DNA of 25,696 nt from a virus. Taxonomy: Duplodnaviria > Caudoviricetes. Position numbers and translations under genes: made by a program. Position 1 is the first letter of the stretch. Each line of letters begins with the position of its first letter. Of the stretch, positions 7,699-16,293 are shown one piece after another. The stretch lies in the IMG/VR virus record IMGVR_UViG_3300043473_000090, positions 1-25,696 of that record. One strand, 5' to 3'. A model generated the notes under the pieces. The model had not been told where the DNA came from. It saw only the letters and a list, made by a program, of their open reading frames with translations, and searched no databases.

Positions 7699-7921
7699 TT
7701 TGCGGGGTAGTTGACACCTTGTACCATGCGATACGGTGTTGACCAATACCGCCCATGAGCAGCACATTTAGGGTGCGAAAACCTGCTCGGCTCGGATTGA
7801 CGTGGCAGAAGTCGGCGGTTCGATTCCGCCATCACCCACCGCAAAAGAGCAGGTAGCGGGGTATTTTTCCCGATTTACAGGATTTCCCAAAAGAGGGCTG
7901 CGGGGTAGTTGCGGGGTAGTT
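7689..7921 (+). repeat. Integrase arm-type binding sites, TGCGGGGTAGTT direct repeats
   Basis: Tandem pairs at 7689-7700/7701-7712 and 7899-7910/7910-7921, plus a partial GCGGGGTA at 7856-7863. They flank the tRNA-like core. Confidence 0.8.
7797..7840 (+). other. attP: attP core: 3' half of tRNA-Val(GAC)
   Basis: Anticodon loop TTGACGT, GGCAG, variable loop AAGTC, T-arm GGCGG-TTCGATT-CCGCC, acceptor strand ATCACCC-A-CC. No matching 5' half upstream. Confidence 0.88.
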
Positions 7922-7956
7922 GTACCTAAGAACGCCACCGAGCAGGAGAGCAACGC

Positions 7957-9111
7957 ATGCCACGCAAGCGGGTACCCGGCAACCTTCGAGCGCCGAACGG
8001 CAACGGCACGGTGTACGAGGACAAGCGCCGCGGTGTGTTCGTCGGCGAGCTCACGGTGCGCGGCAAGCGCGTCGGGCGCGTGACCGGCGCCACCCGCACC
8101 GAAGCGCGCAAGCGTCTCGACGAGCTCGTGCGGGTGCCTGTCGCCTCGGGTGCTGCGCCGGCGAGCTCGCGCACCTTCGCCGATTGGACCGACGAGTATC
8201 TCGGCTTGCGAGCTCACACCGCTTCGCGCGCCACGCTCGACCGTGATCGCTCATATCTCGAAACGCACGTCGTGCCGGTGCTCGGGTCGCGGCGCCTGCG
8301 TGATCTCACGGTGAGTGATATCAACGCGATGCTGCTCGGCGCACGCCACGCTCGCAGCGGTGGCCCGCTCTCACGCAACACGCTCTCACGCCTGCGCCAC
8401 ATCACCGCGCAAGTGTTGACCGAAGCGCGCCGGCAATCGCTCGTCGTCTCGAACGTCGCCGAGCTCGCCACCGTGCCGACGTTGAACGTCGCGCCGCCGC
8501 GGCCGCGCATCGCACTCTCACCCGCCGAGCTCGTCGAGCTGCTCGACGTCGCCGCCGGCGACGAGCTCGGAACCTATTTTGCGACCACCTATGAGCTCGC
8601 ACTCGCGCCGGGTGAGTCGGCGGCGTTGCGGTGGTCGTCGGTCGATCTCGACGCCGGCACGGTCCACGCGGGCCCGCTGCGCCGCACCGCGCCGACCGGC
8701 GAGCTCGTCGTCGGCGCGGCGAAGAATCTCTCACGACCGCGCACGCTGCGACTCACGCCGGCGGCGCACGCCGCTCTTGTCGAGCAGCGGCACGTGCAAC
8801 TCGAACGGCGCCTCGCCGCCGGCGCCGATTGGCACGATCTCGATCTTGTGTTCTCGACGAGCTCGGGTCGCATGCTCGACGCCGGCAACGTGCGCCGTTC
8901 GCTGCGCCGCTTGTGCGAGCTCGCCGGCGTGCCCGAGATCGACACCTATGAGCTGCGGCACACGCGGATCACGCACCTAAGCGACGCCGGCGTGCGTCTC
9001 GAACATCTCGCCGACATCGCCGGTCATGCCGACACGCGCATGATCATGACGGTCTATCGGCATTCGGATCGGGTGATCGACGTCGAGTTGCCGCCGGCGG
9101 CGAGCCGCTAG
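7957..9111 (+). CDS. int: Tyrosine integrase (first catalytic Arg appears replaced by Ala)
   Basis: N-terminal arm-binding 'RAPNGNGTVYED', core-binding domain, YELRHT, and AGHADTRMIMTVYRH. RBS GGAGAG. Adjacent to attP. Confidence 0.93.
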   Translation: MPRKRVPGNLRAPNGNGTVYEDKRRGVFVGELTVRGKRVGRVTGATRTEARKRLDELVRVPVASGAAPASSRTFADWTDEYLGLRAHTASRATLDRDRSYLETHVVPVLGSRRLRDLTVSDINAMLLGARHARSGGPLSRNTLSRLRHITAQVLTEARRQSLVVSNVAELATVPTLNVAPPRPRIALSPAELVELLDVAAGDELGTYFATTYELALAPGESAALRWSSVDLDAGTVHAGPLRRTAPTGELVVGAAKNLSRPRTLRLTPAAHAALVEQRHVQLERRLAAGADWHDLDLVFSTSSGRMLDAGNVRRSLRRLCELAGVPEIDTYELRHTRITHLSDAGVRLEHLADIAGHADTRMIMTVYRHSDRVIDVELPPAASR

Positions 9112-9283
9112 CGGCCCACGAGACGCACCAGATTGAGCCGTGCGCCGCGCAATCGTCGAGCTCGACAAAGCATGCGTCGCGCAGTTCTTGCGCCGCTCTC
9201 GTGGTGAGTGACGGGCCCGCCGCTCGACTTCGACCGCTTCCCCGGCGCCGCATGCCGCAAACGGCGAGCCCGCAGCGCGCACG

Positions 9284-9508
9284 CTACCCGGTGTCGTCGT
9301 CATCACCTTTTCGAGCGGTGCCGCCGCGGCCGCGGCCCACGCCAAGGATCACGAGCGTCGTGCCGGCGCCGAGCAGAAACACGCCGAGCCCGAGCACGAC
9401 GCCTGTCATCGTCGAAGTCGAACCGTGATCGGCGAGCGTCGATGCCGCCCACCCGATGAGAATGAGCCCGACGATCGTGAGCGGCCACCGTTCGAGAATT
9501 CGACTCAT
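9284..9508 (-). CDS. Putative holin (two transmembrane helices, 74 aa)
   Basis: Two hydrophobic segments and a charged C-terminus. Immediately downstream of the endolysin. Confidence 0.65.
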   Translation of the reverse strand: MSRILERWPLTIVGLILIGWAASTLADHGSTSTMTGVVLGLGVFLLGAGTTLVILGVGRGRGGTARKGDDDDTG

Positions 9509-9514
9509 GGCATT

Positions 9515-10312
9515 TCAGTCGGCGCTCCAACGCGTGTCGGGCGTCTTGAACCAATGCGCCGGCGGATTCGAGCCGGTGCGGTCGCACACAACGTGGATTT
9601 TGTTGTCGGTCTTGTCCACGCACACCGACGGGATGCCGTCGTACACGTCGTGATCGTCGCCCTCGCCGAGCCGCTCGGAATGCATGCCGAACGCCGGCCC
9701 GGTGCGCGGCCACCACGCATGCCATAGCGTGCCGCCCTCGGTCGATGGCCGCGCGACGTAGAAAAAGTGAACGGCGCCGTCGGCATACTCGGGGATCATC
9801 TGCATGTTGTCGCCTTCCTCGTCGAGTTCCGGCACGGCGCCGGCGACCATCTTGTCGAAGTCCGATCGGGTGATGTAGTCGGTGTGATCGCTATCGGCGA
9901 CCGTCGAGTGACCGCGGAACTCGCGGGATTGGCCCTTGCGTGCGCCGTGATAGAACGCGTCGAGCGGGATACCGACGTCGCCGGCGAGCCACCGCACGAT
10001 CTGCCCGCCGGCGTCGATCTGCCAATCGGTGAGCGGCTGCTCATTCTTGCCCTCAAACTCGATGCCGACCGACCACGAGTTTGCGCCGGCGGCGTGCGAG
10101 CACTTCGTGCGCGTGTCATAGAACTGCACCCAATTGCCCGGCTGCTTGCCCACGAGGAAATGAAACCCGATGCCGGGTCGGCCGGTGCCGACACCGACCG
10201 AGTAGTCGCCGGCCCAAGAGCCGTACGTGCGGTGCAGGATCACCGCGGTCGGCGAGAGCGAACCTTGCGCTTCGGAACCTTGATCAAACGGGATGCCGGG
10301 CATCTTCGCCAT
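9515..10312 (-). CDS. Endolysin, N-acetylmuramoyl-L-alanine amidase (Amidase_2) with C-terminal domain
   Basis: Motifs VILHRT, GFHF, HAAGANSWSVGIEFEG and GHS. Confidence 0.88.
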   Translation of the reverse strand: MAKMPGIPFDQGSEAQGSLSPTAVILHRTYGSWAGDYSVGVGTGRPGIGFHFLVGKQPGNWVQFYDTRTKCSHAAGANSWSVGIEFEGKNEQPLTDWQIDAGGQIVRWLAGDVGIPLDAFYHGARKGQSREFRGHSTVADSDHTDYITRSDFDKMVAGAVPELDEEGDNMQMIPEYADGAVHFFYVARPSTEGGTLWHAWWPRTGPAFGMHSERLGEGDDHDVYDGIPSVCVDKTDNKIHVVCDRTGSNPPAHWFKTPDTRWSAD

Positions 10313-10315
10313 CGC

Positions 10316-10438
10316 TCACGCCTCGGTGTCGTCGGTGTCGCCTTCGGGCCCGGGCTCGGGCGCCTCGGCCGGTGTCGGCTCGGGTGCCGGGCGCGGCTCG
10401 GGGATGATCTCGTTCTCGCCGTTCGTCGTCTCGGTCAT
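10316..10438 (-). CDS. Small acidic Pro/Glu-rich peptide (40 aa, MTETTNGENEIIPEPRPAPEPTPAEAPEP...)
   Basis: Translated by hand. RBS GGGAGG, ATGA overlap, ends 3 nt before the endolysin start. Confidence 0.55.
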   Translation of the reverse strand: MTETTNGENEIIPEPRPAPEPTPAEAPEPGPEGDTDDTEA

Positions 10439-10629
10439 GTCGGTGTCACCTCCCCGGCTGCTCGTTGCGGATTGACCACGATGCCGCCGGCGAAATCGAC
10501 GTGCGGCCCGTTCGGGTCGATGTCGTCGGCGAGCTCGATCTCACTCTCATACGCGATCGTGCGCCAGTAGGCCGCGGCGTAAGCGTCGCCGTCGAGCTCG
10601 TCGTCGAGCTGCTCGCGTTCGTCGGTCAT
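10435..10629 (-). CDS. Small acidic hypothetical protein (64 aa)
   Basis: ATGA overlaps on both sides. Confidence 0.6.
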   Translation of the reverse strand: MTDEREQLDDELDGDAYAAAYWRTIAYESEIELADDIDPNGPHVDFAGGIVVNPQRAAGEVTPT

Positions 10630-11528
10630 GTGAGTGCACCGCCCTCGTCGTACATGGCGAAGATGATCGGCCCGAAACCCGAGTCGATCGTCATCACGCC
10701 GGCGCCGACCGTTCGCTGCAACGTCGCCGAGAGCGCCACCGACGCCGCAGCGGCGAGCAACGTCCACGATGAGCGCATGTTCACCGAGAACGAGTTGCCG
10801 GCGGCGAGCCCGAGCCCCTGCCATATGAGCAGGTTCGACGCACCGACTTTGTAAACCCACGAGCCGCCGCCGCTCGCTTGATCGAACACGACCACGCCGG
10901 TAACACCGAACGAATACTTGCGACCGGGCACGGTCGGCACGGTCGCCGAGAACATTGTGTCGATCTCGCCGGCGGATTGCCGCAGCGTGCCGGTGAGCGC
11001 GGTCGCGTCGTATGACCACACCTGCCCGCGTGCCGGCGCCCACGCGCCGCCCGCGGCACGCCGGTCGGTGATGGCGCCGACCGCGCTTGCCGGCGCCGCC
11101 GGGATCGCGACTTGTGCGAGAGCGATCGAGCGTGCCGGCAACGTCGGCGGCGACGGCGACGCCGCCGCGGTGCCGGGCACCTTGCGAATGCGGAACGCGT
11201 TGCTTGCGCCGCCCGCTGCGGTGTCGAGCACCTCGGCGATCACGAGATCAATGCGCGGCTGCGACACGGTGGCGTCGAGCGTGATCGTCACCGGCCCGTC
11301 GTTGAACACGTGATACGCGCCGGCCGGTGTCGTGCCGTCGGGCACGAACGCGCCGCCCGCGGCGATCGTCACTTGCATGCCGGTGGCCGCGGTGACCTTT
11401 AAGTCGCCGGGCCCGCACACGCCGGCGAGCGCCGCGCCGGCCTGCATCCACCGCCACTCTTGTGCGTCATGACCTTGCCCGGCGGCAACGGTGCGATTCT
11501 GCTGCACATACGGCAAACGCTCGGTCAT
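10626..11528 (-). CDS. Minor tail protein / receptor-binding candidate
   Basis: N-terminal 'LKVTAATGMQVTIAAGGAFV...PRIDLVIAEVLD...PPTLPARSIALAQVAIPA...ITDRR' is typical of actinophage minor tail proteins. Confidence 0.8.
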   Translation of the reverse strand: MTERLPYVQQNRTVAAGQGHDAQEWRWMQAGAALAGVCGPGDLKVTAATGMQVTIAAGGAFVPDGTTPAGAYHVFNDGPVTITLDATVSQPRIDLVIAEVLDTAAGGASNAFRIRKVPGTAAASPSPPTLPARSIALAQVAIPAAPASAVGAITDRRAAGGAWAPARGQVWSYDATALTGTLRQSAGEIDTMFSATVPTVPGRKYSFGVTGVVVFDQASGGGSWVYKVGASNLLIWQGLGLAAGNSFSVNMRSSWTLLAAAASVALSATLQRTVGAGVMTIDSGFGPIIFAMYDEGGALT

Positions 11529-11537
11529 GGTCGCGTC

Positions 11538-12014
11538 CTATGGTGTCGGGTCGGTGATGATTGGCCACGCCGGCAACGCCGGCGGACCGTTGAAAACGGG
11601 ACCGGGCCCGGGATTCGACAAACCGTGCCGGGCATATTCGTGCCACAAGACCGCCCAATCGGCACGTTGCTCGATGTAGAGCTTCAGATTGCCCGTTTGC
11701 CACGTGCGCACCGGCGGCGCGTACTGCGTCGCCCATGTGTAGAGATTGCCGTCGTTCACGTGCAACACGTTGTCACGCTGCACCGACGAGTCGTGCACAC
11801 CTTGCATTTGCGACGAGAGCTGCGCGATTTGAGAGTTGATCGTGACGATCGAAGCGTTGATCGAAGCGATCGAAGCGTTGATCGAAGCGATGCGGGCGCG
11901 GGCATCGGCGACCGCGTTCGGGTCGCCGAACTCGACGGCACGCACACGCCGGTCGATGTCGGCGAACGTATCGGCGAGCGAAGGTGTGCGAAGCGGGCCC
12001 TCGGCGGCACTCAT
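11538..12014 (-). CDS. Minor tail protein with coiled coil
   Basis: 'LADTFADIDRRVRAVE' and heptads IASINASIASINAS. Located after the baseplate gene. Confidence 0.7.
   Translation of the reverse strand: MSAAEGPLRTPSLADTFADIDRRVRAVEFGDPNAVADARARIASINASIASINASIVTINSQIAQLSSQMQGVHDSSVQRDNVLHVNDGNLYTWATQYAPPVRTWQTGNLKLYIEQRADWAVLWHEYARHGLSNPGPGPVFNGPPALPAWPIITDPTP
11847..11888. repeat. Perfect 21-bp tandem duplication (one heptad)
   Basis: GATCGAAGCGTTGATCGAAGC occurs twice, at 11847-11867 and 11868-11888. Confidence 0.9.
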
Positions 12015-13123
12015 GCGGCAAACCCGCCGGCGAGCGAATGCGGCGCGAGAGCGAGCGTCGTTTGCTCGGTCGAATCCTCGCCGACGACCACCGACCGGCC
12101 CATGATGCGAAACCAATCATCGACGTCGATCCACCCACGCGCATGCCGCACGTGCACAACGTCGCCGGCTTGCAACGCGTCGAGCTCGTCGAGATCGCCG
12201 CCCGACGCATATGTAACCGACGGCACGAGCGAGCAGTCCGATGTCGTGCGCATGCGCCGATCGGCGAGCGCCTGCAACTCGGCGAGCGACTCGACGTCGC
12301 GTGCTGCTTCGACGACATGAAACGCCGGGTAGCCGAGCGCCGGCGCATTGCTCGCCGACATCGCCCACCGATCGGTCCACGGCGCCTCGGGATAGTCGGG
12401 ATTGTCACGCCCGAACACCGACACCGAGTCGGCGATCGGTGACGAATCGACCGCGACGCCGAAGTCCACGAGCGGCAACGCGTCGGTGATCGGCAACGAC
12501 ACACGCGTGCCGCGCCACGGGTAGTGAAGGTGAATCGTCGGCGCCGGCCAGCCATCGGCCCACGCGTAACGCATCGACCAATCAAACCCGCCTGCCATCG
12601 CGGCGAGCTCGTCGATCACGGCGCCGCCGGTCTTGTCGTGCCCGATCCACTCGTAGTCGCGCACCGTGCCCGAGTTGAGTGTGTCCCACGAGATCGCCGG
12701 CATCGCGAGCGTATCTTCGCCGACGAGATTGAGCACCGCGACCGCGACCTGCATTTGATCGAAGCCATGCCACACCCACGGGCCCATGCGGTAGCGGCGG
12801 CGAATGAAGTGAAACCAGCCCTCGGCGGCGACTTCGAGCGACGAGCCCGACGCACGGCACGTAACGATCCACCCGCCGAACACAACGGCGCCGTCGCGTT
12901 CGACGAACACCGTTCGCCGGCCCGGCCAGATCACCTCTTGCGTCACCGCCGGATGCTCGATCGGCACCCGGAACGAACACGAGCCCGGCTTGTTGAGCTC
13001 GTCGGTGTATGTGAGCTCACTCGCCGGCATCTCGCCGAGAATCTGCCGCGTGACGTGATTGCCGATGAGCACGCGGTATGCGTGAGCGTCGAGTGTGCCG
13101 GCGGCAACCCGCGGCGCGGTCAT
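12011..13123 (-). CDS. Minor tail / baseplate hub protein (ReqiPepy6 Gp37-like)
   Basis: 'LTYTDELNKPGSCSFRVP', 'VERDGAVVFGGWI' and 'GGFDW'. Second gene after the tape measure. Confidence 0.75.
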   Translation of the reverse strand: MTAPRVAAGTLDAHAYRVLIGNHVTRQILGEMPASELTYTDELNKPGSCSFRVPIEHPAVTQEVIWPGRRTVFVERDGAVVFGGWIVTCRASGSSLEVAAEGWFHFIRRRYRMGPWVWHGFDQMQVAVAVLNLVGEDTLAMPAISWDTLNSGTVRDYEWIGHDKTGGAVIDELAAMAGGFDWSMRYAWADGWPAPTIHLHYPWRGTRVSLPITDALPLVDFGVAVDSSPIADSVSVFGRDNPDYPEAPWTDRWAMSASNAPALGYPAFHVVEAARDVESLAELQALADRRMRTTSDCSLVPSVTYASGGDLDELDALQAGDVVHVRHARGWIDVDDWFRIMGRSVVVGEDSTEQTTLALAPHSLAGGFAA

Positions 13124-14049
13124 AACCATGCCGACCGCCATTTCACGGTGACATCGCCGGTGCCGGCGCCTGCCGCGGCATACGTGAGCACGTTTTGGCC
13201 CGGCACGAGCATCCACCAATCCGACGCCGGATCGACGAGGTAGTAACGATTGCCGGTGCCGCCGAGCATCACGGTCGCGGCGTCGATGTCAACCACGAGC
13301 GTCTCGCCGGCGAGCAACGAGCCGGTGTAGCGCCACGTCTTGCCGGTCGTCACATTCGTGATCGACGGCGACGTGCACGGCCCGCGGAAAGTGAACGTCG
13401 GCGGCGTCTCGACCGTGCCGGCGACCTGCACCGGCGTGCCGCCGGTGATCTCGCCTTCGCTGCCGAAATCGAAGTCGAACGCGAGCGGGAAAACGATGCC
13501 GTGCCCGGTCGCCGGCGCCACGTTCACACCGAACGTCACCGACTGCTCGGCGAGCGCGTAGCGCCTCGGGTCGGCGGCGATCAACGTGATCTCGAAGTTG
13601 ACGTGCCGGCCCTCGGCGAGCGAACGGTCTAAGCGCACGCGGCCACCGAGCCGCACGGCACGTTGCGCCGCGTTGTGCTCGTAGACACGCAGCACACCCG
13701 GCGAGCTCGTGAGCGCGGCGGCGGCGGCGAGCTGCTCGACGGCGATATCTGCCGATGCGAGATCGGGCGCGACGAACGTGCCGCGCATAGTGATCGAGCA
13801 CGCCCGGAACCACGACGGCGGAATCCACACACCGTGACGGCCCATGCGCGGCAGCGGCGACACATCGACGTCGGGAAAGTCCCACCCATCGAGCTCGCCG
13901 CACCACCACTCGACACCTTGCGGATCGGCTTGCGCGGTGTTGAACGTGATCGGCGCGCCGTAAGCGCCTTCGAGCACGACCACGACCGGCCCGGCGAGCG
14001 GGCCGAACGGTGTCGGCACGGCGCCGGCGCCTCGCGTCGTTACTGCCAT
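13120..14049 (-). CDS. Distal tail protein (Dit-like)
   Basis: First gene after the tape measure. 'ELDGWDFPDV', 'LIAADPRRY', 'WWMLVPGQNVL' and C-terminal 'WRSAWL'. Confidence 0.8.
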   Translation of the reverse strand: MAVTTRGAGAVPTPFGPLAGPVVVVLEGAYGAPITFNTAQADPQGVEWWCGELDGWDFPDVDVSPLPRMGRHGVWIPPSWFRACSITMRGTFVAPDLASADIAVEQLAAAAALTSSPGVLRVYEHNAAQRAVRLGGRVRLDRSLAEGRHVNFEITLIAADPRRYALAEQSVTFGVNVAPATGHGIVFPLAFDFDFGSEGEITGGTPVQVAGTVETPPTFTFRGPCTSPSITNVTTGKTWRYTGSLLAGETLVVDIDAATVMLGGTGNRYYLVDPASDWWMLVPGQNVLTYAAAGAGTGDVTVKWRSAWL

Positions 14050-14053
14050 GAGA

Positions 14054-15829
14054 TCACCGGCCCGCCGTTTTGAGCGCCCACGCCGCCTCGTCGATCACGA
14101 TGCGCCCAATGATGTAAGGGTCGGCTTCGGTCGCGTTGATCGTTTGATTCACGATCACGGCGCCGGCGCCGGCGGTAGCCCCACCGCCGACGCCGCCGCC
14201 GCCCGCGGTAGCGAACGATGGCCCGACGAGCGACGAGCCGAGATCGGCGATCGCTCGCGTCGCGAGCGGCGTCGAGCTGCGAATGCCGTTCGCGAGACCT
14301 TGCACGATGTTCTGCCCGAAGCCGAAGAACACACGCGACGGCGAGTCGATCTTCAACACCTTCGCGAATGGCCCGAGAATCGTTTTCGCGAGACCTTTCA
14401 CCTTGTCGGCGATCCACCCGGCCATCGACTTAATGCCGTCCCACAAGCCGCGCACCACGTCTTTGCCGGCGTCGAGTAGCCACGTCGCCGCGCCGCTCAC
14501 GGCCTCTTGCACCTTGTTATGAAGGTTCTTGAACCAATCGAGAATCTCGCCGACCTTGCGCAGCACGGCGCCGACCGCGTTCGCGATCGGATCCACGATC
14601 AAGTGATACACCGACGACCATGTGCTCTTGATCCAATCCCACACGGCGAGTATCGCCGCCTTCACGGTGTCCCAATGCGTGACGATGAGAGCGATCGCGA
14701 GCCCGATCGGGCCGGTCAAGATACCGAGCAGCAGCGGCCAATTATCTTTCACCCAATTGAACACGCCTTTGATCACGTCGAGCACGAAATTAAACCCGGT
14801 CTTGATCGCATCCCACACCGCGCCGACCGCATCACGGAACCATTCGCACTTTGTGTAGAGCAGCACGATCGCGGCGACGAGCGCGGCGATCCCGAGAATG
14901 ATGAGCACGATCGGGTTTGCCGCCATCACGAGATTGAACGCAGTCTGCACCGCGGTCCAAACCTTTGTGACGGCGACGATGCCGGCGATGATCGCGGCGA
15001 GCCCGCCGAGCACCGCGACGAGCGGCACGAGCACGCCGGCGTTTCGCTCGAACCATTGCGCGAGCGATATGAGCACCGGCACGAGAGCGTCGAGTATCGG
15101 CAGGATCGCTTTGCCGACCGACTCTTGTAGGTTGCCGAAACTCACTTTGAGCTTGTCAACCGGATCGGCTGCCGCCTTCGCCGCACCGCCGACCTGTTTT
15201 TGCACCTCGCCGAGAATGATCTTCTGCGCGCCGAGCACGTCGCCGGTCTCGGTGAGCGTCTTAATCTGCTCTTTTTGCTGCTCGGTGAACGTCACACCGG
15301 ACTTGCCGAGCGCGGTGATGCCTTTGATCGGATCGTTGAGCGCCTTCCCGAGCATCACCGAAGCCGACTCGACCGAGCCGAAACCTTTAGCCGAGAGATT
15401 GAGCGCCGCTTCGGTCGCTTGATCGAACACGTTGTTACCGGCGCCGGCGGCGTTCTTCACGTTTGTGAACGTCAAGAGCATGTTCGCGCCGGTTTGGATG
15501 AGCTCGTCATCGACGCCTGCCATCGACGAGAGCGAGCCGGCGAGTTTCTCGACGTGCCCGGCGGTGACGTTCGCGGCGCCGCCTGTCGATGCGATGCCCG
15601 CCGCCGTTTGCTTCGCGACCTTTTCGGCATCGCGCATCTCGTCAATCGAACCTTTGAGAAACGACACACCGAGCGCGGCGCCGCCGGCGAGCGCCATCGC
15701 GCCGAGCGCCTTACCCGCGCTGCCGATCTTCGACTTGAACGTCTCCGCCTCGCCCGACGCCGTTTTAAGACCGGATGTAAACCCGGTGGTGTCGGTGAGC
15801 ACCTTTACGGTGAGCGTCGAATCGGCCAT
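14054..15829 (-). CDS. Tape measure protein (591 aa)
   Basis: Ala/Gly-rich, with 'LGKALNDPIKGITAL', 'ANPIVLIILGIAALVAAIVLLY', periodic Trp/Phe and 'KIDSPSRVF'. Confidence 0.92.
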   Translation of the reverse strand: MADSTLTVKVLTDTTGFTSGLKTASGEAETFKSKIGSAGKALGAMALAGGAALGVSFLKGSIDEMRDAEKVAKQTAAGIASTGGAANVTAGHVEKLAGSLSSMAGVDDELIQTGANMLLTFTNVKNAAGAGNNVFDQATEAALNLSAKGFGSVESASVMLGKALNDPIKGITALGKSGVTFTEQQKEQIKTLTETGDVLGAQKIILGEVQKQVGGAAKAAADPVDKLKVSFGNLQESVGKAILPILDALVPVLISLAQWFERNAGVLVPLVAVLGGLAAIIAGIVAVTKVWTAVQTAFNLVMAANPIVLIILGIAALVAAIVLLYTKCEWFRDAVGAVWDAIKTGFNFVLDVIKGVFNWVKDNWPLLLGILTGPIGLAIALIVTHWDTVKAAILAVWDWIKSTWSSVYHLIVDPIANAVGAVLRKVGEILDWFKNLHNKVQEAVSGAATWLLDAGKDVVRGLWDGIKSMAGWIADKVKGLAKTILGPFAKVLKIDSPSRVFFGFGQNIVQGLANGIRSSTPLATRAIADLGSSLVGPSFATAGGGGVGGGATAGAGAVIVNQTINATEADPYIIGRIVIDEAAWALKTAGR

Positions 15830-15835
15830 CGCCGG

Positions 15836-15994
15836 CTACTTCCGCGCCTGTCGTTTCGCCCGGCGGGCATCTTCGACCATGTATGCGACGAACGCGTCGT
15901 ACTCGTCGTCGTGCATCGCACGCACCTCGCCCGGTGTCATGCGCCAGTAGTGGCAGAATGCGGCGACGTCACCGAGAGCGCGCCGTCGGTAGGG
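15836..15994 (-). CDS. Tail assembly chaperone, frameshifted C-terminal part (gpT-like)
   Basis: The -1 frame reads 'PYRRRALGDVAAFCHYWRMTPGEVRAMHDDEYDAFVAYM...'. It overlaps the upstream chaperone gene and ends just before the tape measure. Confidence 0.65.
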   Translation of the reverse strand, partial: PYRRRALGDVAAFCHYWRMTPGEVRAMHDDEYDAFVAYMVEDARRAKRQARK

Positions 15995-16293
15995 TCCACC
16001 GCGAGCGTCGTATCCTCCTGCGTTTCGAGCACGATGTCGGCGGCGTCGTCCCACGAACACTCGACACCGCGCCGGCGCAAAAACAACCAGATCACCATTT
16101 GCTGCGCGAGTGCGAGATCGGTTTGCACCGCCGAGATCGGCTTTTTCGAGAGCACTTCGACTTCGCGCATCTCGGCTGCGGACGGTGGCCGCGACGATCG
16201 GCGCAGCGTGAGCACGGTCACGCCGTCGAGCTCGTCGCGTTCGAGTGTGTAGTCGGTCGCCGTGATCGGCCCGGAACCATTGAGCACACTCAT
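15937..16293 (-). CDS. Tail assembly chaperone (gpG-like, 118 aa)
   Basis: Lies before the tape measure. ATGA coupling. Ends shortly after the VDPT motif. Confidence 0.7.
   Translation of the reverse strand: MSVLNGSGPITATDYTLERDELDGVTVLTLRRSSRPPSAAEMREVEVLSKKPISAVQTDLALAQQMVIWLFLRRRGVECSWDDAADIVLETQEDTTLAVDPTDGALSVTSPHSATTGA

Noticed and set aside
7711-7737. Promoter TTGACA...TACGGT upstream of attP
   Set aside because: The spacer is only 15 bp and the -35 overlaps an arm-type repeat, so support is insufficient.
7312-7840. Integration-dependent immunity (attP inside the repressor gene, as in mycobacteriophage BPs)
   Set aside because: The repressor stops at 7698, about 100 bp before the core, so integration would not truncate it.
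7760-7843. Complete tRNA-Val gene
   Set aside because: There is no D-arm or 5' anticodon-stem strand (CTGCC). Only the 3' half is present, as expected for attP.
10626-12014. Diversity-generating retroelement or invertible tail-fibre cassette
   Set aside because: No reverse transcriptase, invertase or template/variable repeat pair is seen.
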